Positions 39,434 to 49,551 of a stretch of DNA of 58,927 nucleotides are shown here, one piece after another (position 1 is the first letter of the stretch; each line of letters opens with the position of its first letter). The notes under the pieces are model-generated. The model had not been told where the DNA came from and did no database searches. It was given only the letters and a program-made list of their open reading frames with translations. Source of the stretch: Candidatus Blackburnbacteria bacterium RIFCSPLOWO2_01_FULL_40_20 (lineage in GTDB: Bacteria > Patescibacteriota > Microgenomatia > UBA8517 > UBA10165); NCBI GenBank assembly GCA_001816475.1, contig MHCC01000026.1, forward strand, positions 1-58,927, written 5' to 3'. The position numbers were made by a program, and so were the translations under genes.

Positions 39434-41323
39434 TTACTCAACCACTTCCCCCTCTTCAACTTTTCCCCCTTTATCCTCCTTTTTATCCTCTGTTTCCTTT
39501 TTTGTCTCTGTGTCCCCTTGTCCCTGTTGGTACATACTTGCCCCTACGCTTTGTAACACCTCTGAGAGTTTCTTTGTTGCTTCCTCAATCTCTTCCTTTG
39601 TTGATTCTTCCTTGCCTATTATCTCTTTTACATTCTTAATCTCAATCTCAACTTTTTCTTTAATATCTCCGGAAACTTTATCACCTGCGTCCTTAAGACT
39701 TTTTTCAGCAGTAAAGACTAAGGAGTCGGCCAAATTACGTGCTTCAATTTTTTCCTTCTTGGTTTTGTCTTCTGAGGCATGCTTTTCTGCTTCTTCTTGG
39801 GCTTTTTTTACCTCGTCTTCAGACAGACCAACAGCACCAGTTATTTTAATCGATTGAGCCTTACCGGTTGCTTTGTCTTTTGCAGAAACTGATAAGATTC
39901 CGTTAGCATCCATATCAAAAGCAACCTCAACCTGAGGGACGCCGCGAGGTGCGGGAGGGATCCCGTCTAAAATAAACTTACCTAAAGACTTATTGTCCGT
40001 GGCCATAGGACGCTCGCCCTGTAGGATGTTAATTTCAACTTGTGTTTGATTATCAGCAGCGGTTGAGAAAACTTGAGACTTTGAAGTTGGAACAGTTGTG
40101 TTCCGCTCAATCATTGAAGTTGCAACACCCCCCATTGTTTCAATTGAAAGGGTAAGCGGGGTAACATCCAAGAGTAAAACGTCCTTCACTTCTCCGCCCA
40201 AGACTCCTCCTTGAATTGCTGCGCCGATCGCAACAACTTCGTCTGGGTTTACGCCCTTGTGAGGATCTTTGCCGAAGAACTTTTTAACTTCTTCTTGCAC
40301 TTTTGGCATTCGAGTCATTCCGCCCACCAGAACGATCTCGTCAATTCCTTTTGCCTCTATTTTTGCGTCTTTTAAGGCAGCTGCAACTGGCTTTAGAGTA
40401 TCTTCAATCAAATCTCCAACCAATCCTTCCAATTTTGCACGAGACAATCTCATTGTTAAATGGAGCGGTTGGCCGTCATGTTGGGTAATGTATGGTTGGT
40501 TTATCTCGGTCTCAGTCGAAGAGGACAACTCGATTTTTGCTTTTTCTGCTGCATCTCGAAGTCTTTGGAGAGCTTGTTTATCTCCTCGCAAATCAACGCT
40601 ATTGTCTTTCTTGAACTCGTCCGCAATCCAGTCAACAATTCGGGCATCAAAGTCATCTCCCCCCAAATGTGTGTCCCCATTGGTCGCCTTAACTTCAAAA
40701 ACCCCTTCTCCTAACTCAAGAATTGAAATATCAAAAGTTCCTCCTCCAAGGTCGTAGACTGCGATGGTGTGGGCATTCTTTTTATCAAGACCGTAAGCCA
40801 AAGCTGCGGCGGTGGGCTCGTTAATTATTCTTTCGACCTTTAAACCTGCCACCTCACCAGCTTGTTTTGTTGCAGCTCTTTGATTGTCGTCAAAATAAGC
40901 GGGAACTGTTATGACAGCACCCTCAACTTTCTCGCCCAAATATTCCTCTGCATCTTTTTTTAATTTCCTTAAAATGTATGCCGAAACTTCTTGGGGCGTG
41001 TATTCTTTGCCTTCTACCACAACTACTGCCATCCCGCCCTTGCCACATTTGATCTCGTATGGAACCATTTTAATTGTCTTTTGGACTTCTGCATCTTCAC
41101 AACGCCTACCCATTAAACGCTTTACTGAATAAATAGTATTCTTGGAGTTTAGAATCATTTGACGCTTTGCAACGTCACCAACCAAGTTTTTGGTGGGTTC
41201 AACAACAGAAGGAGTAATATTACGTCCTGTATCGGAGGCCGGAATAACCTTAGGTTGTCCACCCTCCATTACAGCAACAACTGAATTTGTAGTTCCTAAA
41301 TCGATTCCAATTATTTTACTCAT
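39434..41323 (-). CDS. dnaK: Chaperone DnaK
   Basis: [31 protein letters not shown]. Confidence 0.99.
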   Translation of the reverse strand: MSKIIGIDLGTTNSVVAVMEGGQPKVIPASDTGRNITPSVVEPTKNLVGDVAKRQMILNSKNTIYSVKRLMGRRCEDAEVQKTIKMVPYEIKCGKGGMAVVVVEGKEYTPQEVSAYILRKLKKDAEEYLGEKVEGAVITVPAYFDDNQRAATKQAGEVAGLKVERIINEPTAAALAYGLDKKNAHTIAVYDLGGGTFDISILELGEGVFEVKATNGDTHLGGDDFDARIVDWIADEFKKDNSVDLRGDKQALQRLRDAAEKAKIELSSSTETEINQPYITQHDGQPLHLTMRLSRAKLEGLVGDLIEDTLKPVAAALKDAKIEAKGIDEIVLVGGMTRMPKVQEEVKKFFGKDPHKGVNPDEVVAIGAAIQGGVLGGEVKDVLLLDVTPLTLSIETMGGVATSMIERNTTVPTSKSQVFSTAADNQTQVEINILQGERPMATDNKSLGKFILDGIPPAPRGVPQVEVAFDMDANGILSVSAKDKATGKAQSIKITGAVGLSEDEVKKAQEEAEKHASEDKTKKEKIEARNLADSLVFTAEKSLKDAGDKVSGDIKEKVEIEIKNVKEIIGKEESTKEEIEEATKKLSEVLQSVGASMYQQGQGDTETKKETEDKKEDKGGKVEEGEVVE

Positions 41324-41813
41324 GGTTTTCTTTATCCTCCAAGCTCTCTTTGCTAAAAGCCTGCACTTTTGTTGGTCTTATTACCCCGCCATCATTCCAC
41401 TGATATCCTTTTGATATAACCTTTGTAACTTTTCCTTTATCCTTTCCCTCTATTATATCCAAAACTTCATGAATTTCAGCATCTACCTCATCCCCCGTTT
41501 TTGTCGGAATTTCTCTGACTCCATACCGCTCAAATACTTGCGCAAGTTGTGCGATTGCTATTTCTAGCCCCTGGTCCTTCAAGTGAGTTTGTGCACGCTC
41601 TAAATTATCTATCACCGGCAACAAATCTTCAATAAGAGTTTTTGTTGCCCTGAAAACTATCTCTTGCCTTTCTTTGTTTGTCCGCTTAAGTAAGTTATCA
41701 TAATCAGCAAGGGCTCTTGCAAGCCTCTGTTTCAATTCTTCTTCTTGCCCCTCAGTAGCCCCGATTAAATCGGGACGAAGGGGGGTTTGCTTATCTTTTT
41801 TTATTTTTGCCAT
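41316..41813 (-). CDS. grpE: Nucleotide exchange factor GrpE
   Basis: [24 protein letters not shown]...VIRP.KV. Confidence 0.96.
   Translation of the reverse strand: MAKIKKDKQTPLRPDLIGATEGQEEELKQRLARALADYDNLLKRTNKERQEIVFRATKTLIEDLLPVIDNLERAQTHLKDQGLEIAIAQLAQVFERYGVREIPTKTGDEVDAEIHEVLDIIEGKDKGKVTKVISKGYQWNDGGVIRPTKVQAFSKESLEDKENHE
41748..41785. repeat. Palindromic in-frame insert in grpE
   Basis: CCCCTC..CCCGATT-A-AATCGGG..GAAGGGG; encodes [12 protein letters not shown]. Confidence 0.7.
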
Positions 41814-42532
41814 GCTGATTCAGATATTAAATCTCCAAAATAACGAACTATTGGTATGATTGTTGGATAGTTACACCTGGCAGGACCTATCACACCAAGT
41901 GAACCGTCGCCACGAGACGTTTTAAAGCGGCTTGCAATTATACCAACGCATTCAAGATTTGGCCACCCCAATTCTTCACCTAGGAAAATTTCAACAGGTC
42001 CGTCCCAGTCTTCTTGTTTAAAAAAGATCTCTTGAAGGCGGCTGACCTCCTCAAGCAAACTTAAAACTCGGGATGTTACATCAATGTTGTAAAATTCCGG
42101 ACTCTCAAGGATATTTGAATATCCTGCGTGCCAGACATCTCCGTTCTCAGTTGCTGCGACTGCTACAGAATGAGTTGTTTGTGCAAGGCTTCGAGTAACT
42201 TCATGCATCATCTTGTCAAAGTCATTCTTGACACCCCAAACCTTCTCTTTTGCAGCAACTTCCTCGGCTACCGACAACTTCTTTTCTTCCATTAACTGGC
42301 TGATGTAAAACTTTAATCCCTTTGAGGTTGGAGTTCTTCCTGCAGAAGTGTGGGGTTGTCTCAAATAACCCTTTTGCACCAATGAGGACATTTCGTTTCT
42401 AATAGTAGCAGGGGATACGCCAACATTGTATTTTTTCTCAATTACGTCCGACCCAACTGGTTCTGCAGACTTTATATATTCCTCAACAACGCTTTTTAAA
42501 ATTTGGATTTGCCGTTGTGTTAACTCGTCCAT
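41801..42532 (-). CDS. hrcA: Heat-inducible repressor HrcA, short form
   Basis: EPVGS, SPATIRNEM, QPHTSAGRTPT, GVIGP.R.NY. Confidence 0.97.
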   Translation of the reverse strand: MDELTQRQIQILKSVVEEYIKSAEPVGSDVIEKKYNVGVSPATIRNEMSSLVQKGYLRQPHTSAGRTPTSKGLKFYISQLMEEKKLSVAEEVAAKEKVWGVKNDFDKMMHEVTRSLAQTTHSVAVAATENGDVWHAGYSNILESPEFYNIDVTSRVLSLLEEVSRLQEIFFKQEDWDGPVEIFLGEELGWPNLECVGIIASRFKTSRGDGSLGVIGPARCNYPTIIPIVRYFGDLISESAWQK

Positions 42533-42562
42533 AACTTTCCTAACACGTCCCGCTTAGCGAGA

Positions 42563-42589
42563 CTAGCACTATTTAAACATGAGTGCTAA
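42563..42589. promoter_or_regulatory. CIRCE operator
   Basis: Minus strand TTAGCACTC-N9-TAGTGCTAG versus consensus TTAGCACTC-N9-GAGTGCTAA; TTGACA at 42594-42599. Confidence 0.95.
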
Positions 42590-42617
42590 AACTTGTCAAG
42601 GGGTGGAAAAAAGAAGT

Positions 42618-44363
42618 TTACACCCCATTTGTAGGTTGAGTTGCCACAATTTCTGCTTCTTTGAGCTCGGGCTCTGCCTTCGGTCCCTGCATGAACCTTG
42701 ACAAGGAAAGCTTTTTGAAAGCTTTAATTATCAGGTTCAGTTCTTCAACTTTTAGCAAGTAGGAAATAAGTAAATATATTGCTGCGCCCACAAACGCTAC
42801 AAACGCAGTAATTAAAATAAGGTTTAGCGTATAGCGAGTATCTAAAACAAACTTATCAAAAGTTGTTGGTAATCCCAAACCAATTTGACCCAAGAAGCTA
42901 AGCTTCTTGTCCCAAACAGATCTGTCTAGAATCTTGAGAAGAATAAACATTGAAGCGCCAGAAGAAGATGCTGCGACAAAAACCTTAGAAAGAGTCCCGC
43001 CAATTCCAAGTTTTCCCAATCCTCCTACTTTTTTCCCGAGAAGAACAAACAGGATAATAAGCTGAACTGTCCCTGCAACAGAATAAGACAGTGCTAATCC
43101 CCAAATTGGCAATTTAAAAACTAAAATAAATAAAGCCCCAAAACCAGAGTTTAAAAGAATATTTAAAATCGAAACTTTTACAGGTGTTGTTGTGTCTTGA
43201 AGTGCATAAAATGCACGACTAATTAAAAGAGACAGTGCGTATGAGACCGCTCCAATTGTAAAAGCTGAAAGTACGTATCCAGTTTGAACTGTATCTAACC
43301 AATCAAATTGATCCGCTCCAAATGCAAGCCGAACAATCGGAACACGAAGAACAGTTAAAAATACACTAATGGGCAAGACCAAAAACAATATTTCGCGGAA
43401 AGATGATGCAAACATTACTTTAAAACCTTCCATGTCTTTTGTTGAGGCAAGACGGGAAAGCTGTGGAAAAGAAGCCTTGGCGATTGACAAACCAAAAAGT
43501 CCAACGGGCAATGCGGCCAGGGAATCTCCGAATTTAAAGTAAGTTAATCCTCCCACAACAAGGGACGCAATAAACAAATCTGTAAAACGTTTAATTTGTA
43601 AGAAAGAAAGCTCAACAATCCGAGGCAGAGCAAGTTTCATTATTGAACGAACTCCGGGGTTGGCAAAATTCAGAGAAAAAATTGGTTTAAAGCCCAAAGA
43701 TAGGGCGAGTGGGAGTTGAATCAATAAATGCATTGCGCTTCCGATAACAACACCTAATACTGGTGCAAAAAGACCGAGGGTTGGTGCAAGAAAATATGTA
43801 GACACGATTATTCCAAGGTTGTAAAAAAGTGGAGCAAACGAAGAAATCAAAAAACGTTGATTTGACTCAAGAACAGCTGTTAGGTGATAACTTGCTATAA
43901 AAAACATCTGAGCAATAAGAAGAATTCTTGTAAAACTTACAGTTTGGGTAATTTGTTCAGGAGTAAATCCCTTGGCAATTATTGAATAAATTGGATGGGC
44001 AAAAACAAAAATAACGGCTGAAAAAATTAAGAAGAACAAAAACATTGCGTTTAATGTCATTCCTGCCACATTCCAAGCTTCTTTATCTTCCCCTTTTGCT
44101 AAATACTTGGTAAACACAGGAATAAAAGCAGAAGACATTGCACCCAAAATTAATATTTCAAAAATCATATCCGGGAGCTGAAAAGCAGCCAAAAAGGTAT
44201 CAAGTTGTTCAGGGGGGAAGAAATGAACAAAAGTTCTATAACGAATAAGTCCTAAAACACGAGAAGCAGCTACCATAATCATTATAATTACTGCTGCTGA
44301 TAAAATATTTGCCTGTTTGCTGTAGAGAAGTTTTCGACCGTTCTCGAATAGTGCCTTTACCAT
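42618..44363 (-). CDS. murJ: Lipid II flippase MurJ
   Basis: SRVLGLIR, AAFQLPD, SAFIPVF, P.FYNLGII, RAFYALQDT.TP. Confidence 0.96.
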   Translation of the reverse strand: MVKALFENGRKLLYSKQANILSAAVIIMIMVAASRVLGLIRYRTFVHFFPPEQLDTFLAAFQLPDMIFEILILGAMSSAFIPVFTKYLAKGEDKEAWNVAGMTLNAMFLFFLIFSAVIFVFAHPIYSIIAKGFTPEQITQTVSFTRILLIAQMFFIASYHLTAVLESNQRFLISSFAPLFYNLGIIVSTYFLAPTLGLFAPVLGVVIGSAMHLLIQLPLALSLGFKPIFSLNFANPGVRSIMKLALPRIVELSFLQIKRFTDLFIASLVVGGLTYFKFGDSLAALPVGLFGLSIAKASFPQLSRLASTKDMEGFKVMFASSFREILFLVLPISVFLTVLRVPIVRLAFGADQFDWLDTVQTGYVLSAFTIGAVSYALSLLISRAFYALQDTTTPVKVSILNILLNSGFGALFILVFKLPIWGLALSYSVAGTVQLIILFVLLGKKVGGLGKLGIGGTLSKVFVAASSSGASMFILLKILDRSVWDKKLSFLGQIGLGLPTTFDKFVLDTRYTLNLILITAFVAFVGAAIYLLISYLLKVEELNLIIKAFKKLSLSRFMQGPKAEPELKEAEIVATQPTNGV

Positions 44364-44401
44364 AAACTAACTGCGACCACCACGAACAAAGTTGTACATG
44401 G

Positions 44402-44430
44402 TTGCACATTTCCTGTCTACTTAGTATAAT
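44402..44430 (+). promoter_or_regulatory. rpsT promoter
   Basis: TTGCAC-N17-TATAAT. Confidence 0.7.
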
Positions 44431-44489
44431 TGCGCTTGGTAAGAAGGACAATAGGAACTTAATAATAAAATCTTAAGCTTGCAAAAACT

Positions 44490-44756
44490 ATGCCAGTACT
44501 AAAATCAGCAAAAAAAGCGCAAAGACAATCAATATATAAAAAATCTTTAAACGAAAGAACAAAGAAAGTAATGAGAGACACAATTAGGTTCTTTCGCTCG
44601 AACCCGACTCTGGAAAATCTAAAAAAGGCCCAATCGGTAGTTGATCGTGCCGCAAAAAAGCATGTAATCCACAAAAATCGTGCAGCCAGACTTAAAAAAG
44701 GGTTTGCAAAACTTGCTTCTCAACCAGCTCCTAAAAAAGCAGCAAAAAAGAAGTAA
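44490..44756 (+). CDS. rpsT: 30S ribosomal protein S20
   Basis: KSAKK..RQS, DRAAKKHVIHKNRAAR. Confidence 0.97.
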   Translation: MPVLKSAKKAQRQSIYKKSLNERTKKVMRDTIRFFRSNPTLENLKKAQSVVDRAAKKHVIHKNRAARLKKGFAKLASQPAPKKAAKKK

Positions 44757-44809
44757 AAATCATTAGATTTCCCACTCTTCTATACCCCATTTTTATATGC
44801 TAATATTAA

Positions 44810-44884
44810 TAGAGCGTAGAGCACAGAACATAGAGCATAGGTGTGAAATCCAAATATTTCCTTAGTTCTTAGCTCTTAGCTTTA
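44810..44884. repeat. Period-7 inverted repeat (TAGAGCA family) in the pilN-like leader
   Basis: TAGAGCG TAGAGCA CAGAACA TAGAGCA ... AGTTCTT AGCTCTT AGCTTTA, 5 nt before ATG; TGCTAATAT just upstream. Confidence 0.88.
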
Positions 44885-44889
44885 GATGT

Positions 44890-45453
44890 ATGTCTGCCAC
44901 CAAAAGAAAAAACGTTAATCTTTTACCTTCTACGGGCTTTGAACATTCCCAAACCGGAAAATTACTTAATTGGCTTCTTACCGGGGGACGCGTTATTGTT
45001 ATTTGCACAGAAATAGTTGTAATAGGTGCATTTTTTTCTCGTTTTTGGCTTGATAAAACACTTACTGATCTTTATGAACAAAATAACTTAAAAAAAGCTC
45101 AAATTGAAGCTTCGTCAGTTTTTGAGTCTGAGTTTAAGGCACTCCAAACAAGAATTAATATAATCAAAAGCTCGGATGCGACTAAGTTGGACGCTTCAAT
45201 AGTAACAAAAAACATCGCATCTGTTTTGCCACCAGGGGTAGTCTTGACCAACATATCAATTGCAAATGGCGAAGTGATATTAAAAGGAAACTCTCTTTCT
45301 GAAGGAGGATTGGTCGGACTAATGAAAGCTTTGGAAGGAAGAAAGGATTTTAAAAACCCTATATTGTCTAACATTGGTCTGGAAACTCTCGGGCAACAAT
45401 TGATCGGCTTTACAATCAAATTTAACACAGAAAAGGAAGGTAAAAGTAAATGA
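44890..45453 (+). CDS. PilN-like protein
   Basis: VNLLP, TM, coiled coil, LP.GV.L..I....L.G. Confidence 0.85.
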   Translation: MSATKRKNVNLLPSTGFEHSQTGKLLNWLLTGGRVIVICTEIVVIGAFFSRFWLDKTLTDLYEQNNLKKAQIEASSVFESEFKALQTRINIIKSSDATKLDASIVTKNIASVLPPGVVLTNISIANGEVILKGNSLSEGGLVGLMKALEGRKDFKNPILSNIGLETLGQQLIGFTIKFNTEKEGKSK

Positions 45454-46106
45454 CAGTAAACTATCGAGAACAATACGCAAAGTACAACAAATATTTTACA
45501 AGCCTTAGACTTGTTTATACAAAAAAGCCTGAAGTTAGGGTGAGTCTTAATTTATTAATGACTCTCTTGGCTATTTCCTTCTTTGGTCTTTTTGCACTTA
45601 GATCAACTATTTCAACAATTGCCGAACTTTTATCAAACGTCAAATCACAAGAGGAAATCTCAAATAAGCTTGATGAAAAAATTCAAGCACTGCAAAAGGC
45701 ACATGCAAATTGGACACAAGAAGCTCAAAGGGAATTCTTAATTGACCAAGCACTGCCAAAAGGACCTCAACCTGATGACTATTTAAGACAGATTGAGGGC
45801 CTTTCTGCTCAAACAAGTGTTACGCTTATCGCGCTTACGTTGCAAGATGTCTTGATTTATGGAAAGGGAGGCATAAGTGCTGACCAGAATGCAGATAAAG
45901 ATAGCTCCGGACCAGTCAAATACATGAATGTAACATTCACAGTTGAAGGACAATATTCTCAAGTTATTTCTTTCGAGAACGGTCTAGAAAATCTAAGAAG
46001 GACCATTAAGATTGACACACTTTCTTTAGGGCAGGCAAAAAAACAAACAAACAATATTACACTAACAATCGCAGGAAAAGTTCCTTACTTGGATAGTCAA
46101 AAATAA
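45450..46106 (+). CDS. PilO-like protein
   Basis: TM, coiled coil, ALP, G.Y..V..F...LENL.R.I.I; ATGA-coupled to the pilN-like gene. Confidence 0.82.
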   Translation: MTVNYREQYAKYNKYFTSLRLVYTKKPEVRVSLNLLMTLLAISFFGLFALRSTISTIAELLSNVKSQEEISNKLDEKIQALQKAHANWTQEAQREFLIDQALPKGPQPDDYLRQIEGLSAQTSVTLIALTLQDVLIYGKGGISADQNADKDSSGPVKYMNVTFTVEGQYSQVISFENGLENLRRTIKIDTLSLGQAKKQTNNITLTIAGKVPYLDSQK

Positions 46107-46111
46107 GCAAT

Positions 46112-46423
46112 ATGGACAAGAAAAAAGGCTCGTTTTTAACTATATTTGCCATTATTACAACCATCACAATTATTATGTGGATTTCTGTATCTGCTTACTT
46201 AAATTTCAAAAAAGTAGATTTATCCTCAGTCCCTCCTAACGTACTATCGCCCCTTAACCCTAACTTAGATAAAGAAGTCTTCACGCTGCTTGAAAAAAAG
46301 AGGCTCATGAGCGAAGAAGAAATCTCAAGCTTTAAGCCAGCTTTTAAATCGCAAAAAAATGGTATCAAAATTAATGAATCGTCGAAAAGCGCTGAAGCTA
46401 CAAGCTCGCCAACAAGAGAATAA
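46112..46423 (+). CDS. Small single-TM protein (PilP position)
   Basis: TM then PLNPNLD; operonic spacing. Confidence 0.75.
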   Translation: MDKKKGSFLTIFAIITTITIIMWISVSAYLNFKKVDLSSVPPNVLSPLNPNLDKEVFTLLEKKRLMSEEEISSFKPAFKSQKNGIKINESSKSAEATSSPTRE

Positions 46424-46428
46424 CTAGC

Positions 46429-47763
46429 ATGGGTCAGTATAAAATTCCAACCTTTCTGGGTTTATTTACAATTGCACTTGCAACAGGCATAGGAGTACTA
46501 CTTGTTCAAAATCAAAAAAACTATAAAACATCCGCCTCCCCTGATGAAATTCCTGATCAAGTAAAAATAACCAACATCTCAGATAGGAATATTACTATTT
46601 CTTGGACAACCGATAAACAAACTTCAGGTTTTATTGCTTATGGCAAATCCGACAACCTAGGTGCAACGGTGAATCAACCAAATCCTTCATTAATCCACTA
46701 CATTACTCTAGACAACTTAACTCCTGAAACCAAATACTATTTTAAAATTGGATCGGGGAAGAATTTGTATGACAATAACGGTCTGCCTTACGAGGTTAAA
46801 ACCGCACCAAGCCTCAAGCAAGTACAAAACACTGATATTATTTTTGGAAACATTAAACTTTCCTCTAGTAGTTCAAGTTCCCAAGCCATCGTATATGTGA
46901 GCATCCCAGGCACAAGCCAACTTTCTGCTCTAACAGATTCCCAAGGAAAGTGGACGGTTCTCCTTTCCACTGCAAGAAGTAGCAGTCTTGTTTCTTATAC
47001 TGTGTATGACAAAGAAAGAACTCCAATAGAAATATACGTTCAAGGAGAAAATGGAAAATTTGCCACTGCAAAAACTACCACAAAACTTTCACGCCCTGTA
47101 CCAATAATTACATTGGGCCAGAACCATGACTTTTCCTCAAGCCTCACAAGCACTATTCAAACAAACATAAATCCTCAGAAGGAAGACCAAAGCCCAACAT
47201 CTCAATTAAGTCTGCCAGATGACACATCTTCAGCGCCATCTCCCACACCATCGGCTACGCCAGGAGTAAAAAAATCTCCACCGCCGGTCAAAAAAGTCAC
47301 TATAGAAATCTTAAGTCCAAAAAAAGGGGAGCAGTTAGAAAAGCAAAAGCCAGTGTTTGAGGGAGTAGGTACTCCTGATTCAGACTTTACCATAAAAGTA
47401 CAGTCAACAAAAACTTACACTGATTCCGTGTCGGTAGGTCAAAACGGAAAGTGGAGTTGGGAGCCCCCGAATTCCCTGAATGCTGGCAACCACACAGTTA
47501 CAGTAAGTTGGATCGACGAAAACGGGCAAGCTAAAACAACCGAGCAAAATTTTGTTATTTTAGCAGCAGTGGGATCAAATGTTGTTTCAACATCTCCGGT
47601 TCCTACACCAAAACCAAGTCCAAACGCTAGCGTTGCTCCTTCAAAGGAGACATCTTTCCTTTTAAAATCAGGAAATTTGACACAAACATTTATGGCGTTC
47701 ATAATAGGCATAGTAGTGTTTGCAATAGGATTGTTTTTACCTAAAACAAGTCCAAGAAATTAA
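46429..47763 (+). CDS. FN3/Ig-like surface protein with C-terminal sorting-signal-like tail
   Basis: ITNI....TISW.T..H...L.NL.P.T.YYF; Ig-like domain; LLKSG + TM. Confidence 0.85.
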   Translation: MGQYKIPTFLGLFTIALATGIGVLLVQNQKNYKTSASPDEIPDQVKITNISDRNITISWTTDKQTSGFIAYGKSDNLGATVNQPNPSLIHYITLDNLTPETKYYFKIGSGKNLYDNNGLPYEVKTAPSLKQVQNTDIIFGNIKLSSSSSSSQAIVYVSIPGTSQLSALTDSQGKWTVLLSTARSSSLVSYTVYDKERTPIEIYVQGENGKFATAKTTTKLSRPVPIITLGQNHDFSSSLTSTIQTNINPQKEDQSPTSQLSLPDDTSSAPSPTPSATPGVKKSPPPVKKVTIEILSPKKGEQLEKQKPVFEGVGTPDSDFTIKVQSTKTYTDSVSVGQNGKWSWEPPNSLNAGNHTVTVSWIDENGQAKTTEQNFVILAAVGSNVVSTSPVPTPKPSPNASVAPSKETSFLLKSGNLTQTFMAFIIGIVVFAIGLFLPKTSPRN

Positions 47764-47774
47764 AAAAATAATAG

Positions 47775-47815
47775 ACCTGCCTACAAAAGCCGATTAAATT
47801 CGGATTTTGGCAGGT
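47775..47815. repeat. Intergenic palindrome
   Basis: ACCTGCC..CCGATTAAATTCGG..GGCAGGT; core shared with the grpE insert. Confidence 0.7.
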
Positions 47816-47832
47816 ATACAAAAAATCCTGCC

Positions 47833-49548
47833 ATGGACGATAAACTAAACGGAAACCAAGAACCCGCGCGAGACGCAATCAACCTTGTTCAACCAACTGT
47901 CAACCCTTCCAACATCGCACAAAATCCCCAAGGCCAAACACCTCTAAATCCTCCATCGCCAATTAATCTTGAGACACCTATTTCAAAACCTGTTTCCGAT
48001 TCTCCAACCCCACCGGCTGATCCACCCACCCCATCACCCGCAACACCTCCTGCCCCAGGAAACATAAGTGAACCTCTCCAGTCGCCTGCACCTGGACAAC
48101 CAACTCCCGGCTCGACTCCTTCTTTTGAAAGTGTTAGTGTTGCAGCTCAAGAAACAGCCATGGCAATGGACGCGGGAGAAAACTCCTCAAACATGGATCT
48201 TTCTCCTGTTATTTCTCCCCCACCTTCAGGAAAATCAAAGACAGGGCTAATTGGAACATTGGCAGCTGTTGCTTTTTTAACGGTTACACTCTTTAGCGGA
48301 CTTGCCCTTGTTGGCCAAAAGCAACTTTTCCAAAACAAGGCGTTTGAGGCAAGTGAGTGTGATGCCCATGGGGGGTTTGCAGGTTTTGATAGGGCTGCAG
48401 ACTGCGGACGTATGCAGCCAAACGGAGAATGGGTAAATATTGCCAGATGTAATGACGGATCAACTATTACCCTTGAGCCAACTGGTGAAGCAGCCAATTG
48501 CAATACAGAACCTCAATGTACCAACTCAGACACAGGCCAAACATACCACTCAGGAAGCAGAATATTTAATTGCACTGGAAATAAAGCAGCTTGCCGCGGA
48601 GAAGCAGGGGAAGGTATTCCTAGTGTTTGTGGAACTGACGGGAATTGGAGTGACGGAGGTCCGGAATGTACAAATGAATGCCCTGTTGCAGATAAATCAG
48701 ATTGCGAATATCCAGAAAAGTGCACAACAACTGACAACAAAGAAGGGACCAAAATATGTTCCGGGGAAAAAGATTCTGCAGACAATAACAAGTGTAAATG
48801 GGACGCTGCTGTTTCAAGTTGTAGCGCATGTACTGTAAATCCAGTTCAGTCTTGTCAATACAACAGAAATTACCAAGCCGGACTTCTTGACGGCAAAGTA
48901 AATCCAGATTCAAACTGTGGAACAAACGGAGGAGTTTACTGTAATGACGGCGGAAACTTTAATGTTTGTTGTTATTCAGACGGAAACTGCTATCAAGGTC
49001 AACAACGCAACGCCTGCGAAAATTTAGGTAACGGTTCGATAAAAACCAATCAAACGGCGCAAGTTAACGAGTACTACTGTCCAGACCAAACCTCGGCTGG
49101 TAGTTCTTGTTCTTCAAACATTAGATCTTTGGGGACAAAAGGCCCTGGAACATATTCGGTGGGACAAGATAGAGGTTGTGGAGGATATCAAATTGATGCA
49201 GTCGGGCTTTGCGGAAGCTATACGTTTAAGGAATGCCCTGCACCACCCGCTGGCGGACCATCATACACATCCCAATGTCTTGATGTTCGTTTCTATAGCG
49301 CCGCAGGTACTCGAATTACAAATCCAGCGTCCGAAGTTAAAGCAGGTGACAGGATAAAAATTGCAGTTTCCGGATCAACAAACGAGCCAGGAGGTCTTTC
49401 TAAAGCAAGATTCCGCATAAATAGTGGAGAATGGGAAGAGGTAACAACTAAAAATTCTCAAAACGAATACTTTGTTGAAAGAACAATAGCAGCTGGTGCA
49501 TTTAGAGTAGAAGCTCAAGTTTATAACCCGAATCTGGGTTGGAAGTAA
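47833..49548 (+). CDS. Type II membrane protein: Pro-rich N-tail, Cys-rich ectodomain, C-terminal beta domain
   Basis: TM near residues 139-161; about 29 Cys, all after the TM. Confidence 0.88.
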   Translation: MDDKLNGNQEPARDAINLVQPTVNPSNIAQNPQGQTPLNPPSPINLETPISKPVSDSPTPPADPPTPSPATPPAPGNISEPLQSPAPGQPTPGSTPSFESVSVAAQETAMAMDAGENSSNMDLSPVISPPPSGKSKTGLIGTLAAVAFLTVTLFSGLALVGQKQLFQNKAFEASECDAHGGFAGFDRAADCGRMQPNGEWVNIARCNDGSTITLEPTGEAANCNTEPQCTNSDTGQTYHSGSRIFNCTGNKAACRGEAGEGIPSVCGTDGNWSDGGPECTNECPVADKSDCEYPEKCTTTDNKEGTKICSGEKDSADNNKCKWDAAVSSCSACTVNPVQSCQYNRNYQAGLLDGKVNPDSNCGTNGGVYCNDGGNFNVCCYSDGNCYQGQQRNACENLGNGSIKTNQTAQVNEYYCPDQTSAGSSCSSNIRSLGTKGPGTYSVGQDRGCGGYQIDAVGLCGSYTFKECPAPPAGGPSYTSQCLDVRFYSAAGTRITNPASEVKAGDRIKIAVSGSTNEPGGLSKARFRINSGEWEEVTTKNSQNEYFVERTIAAGAFRVEAQVYNPNLGWK

Positions 49549-49551
49549 TTT

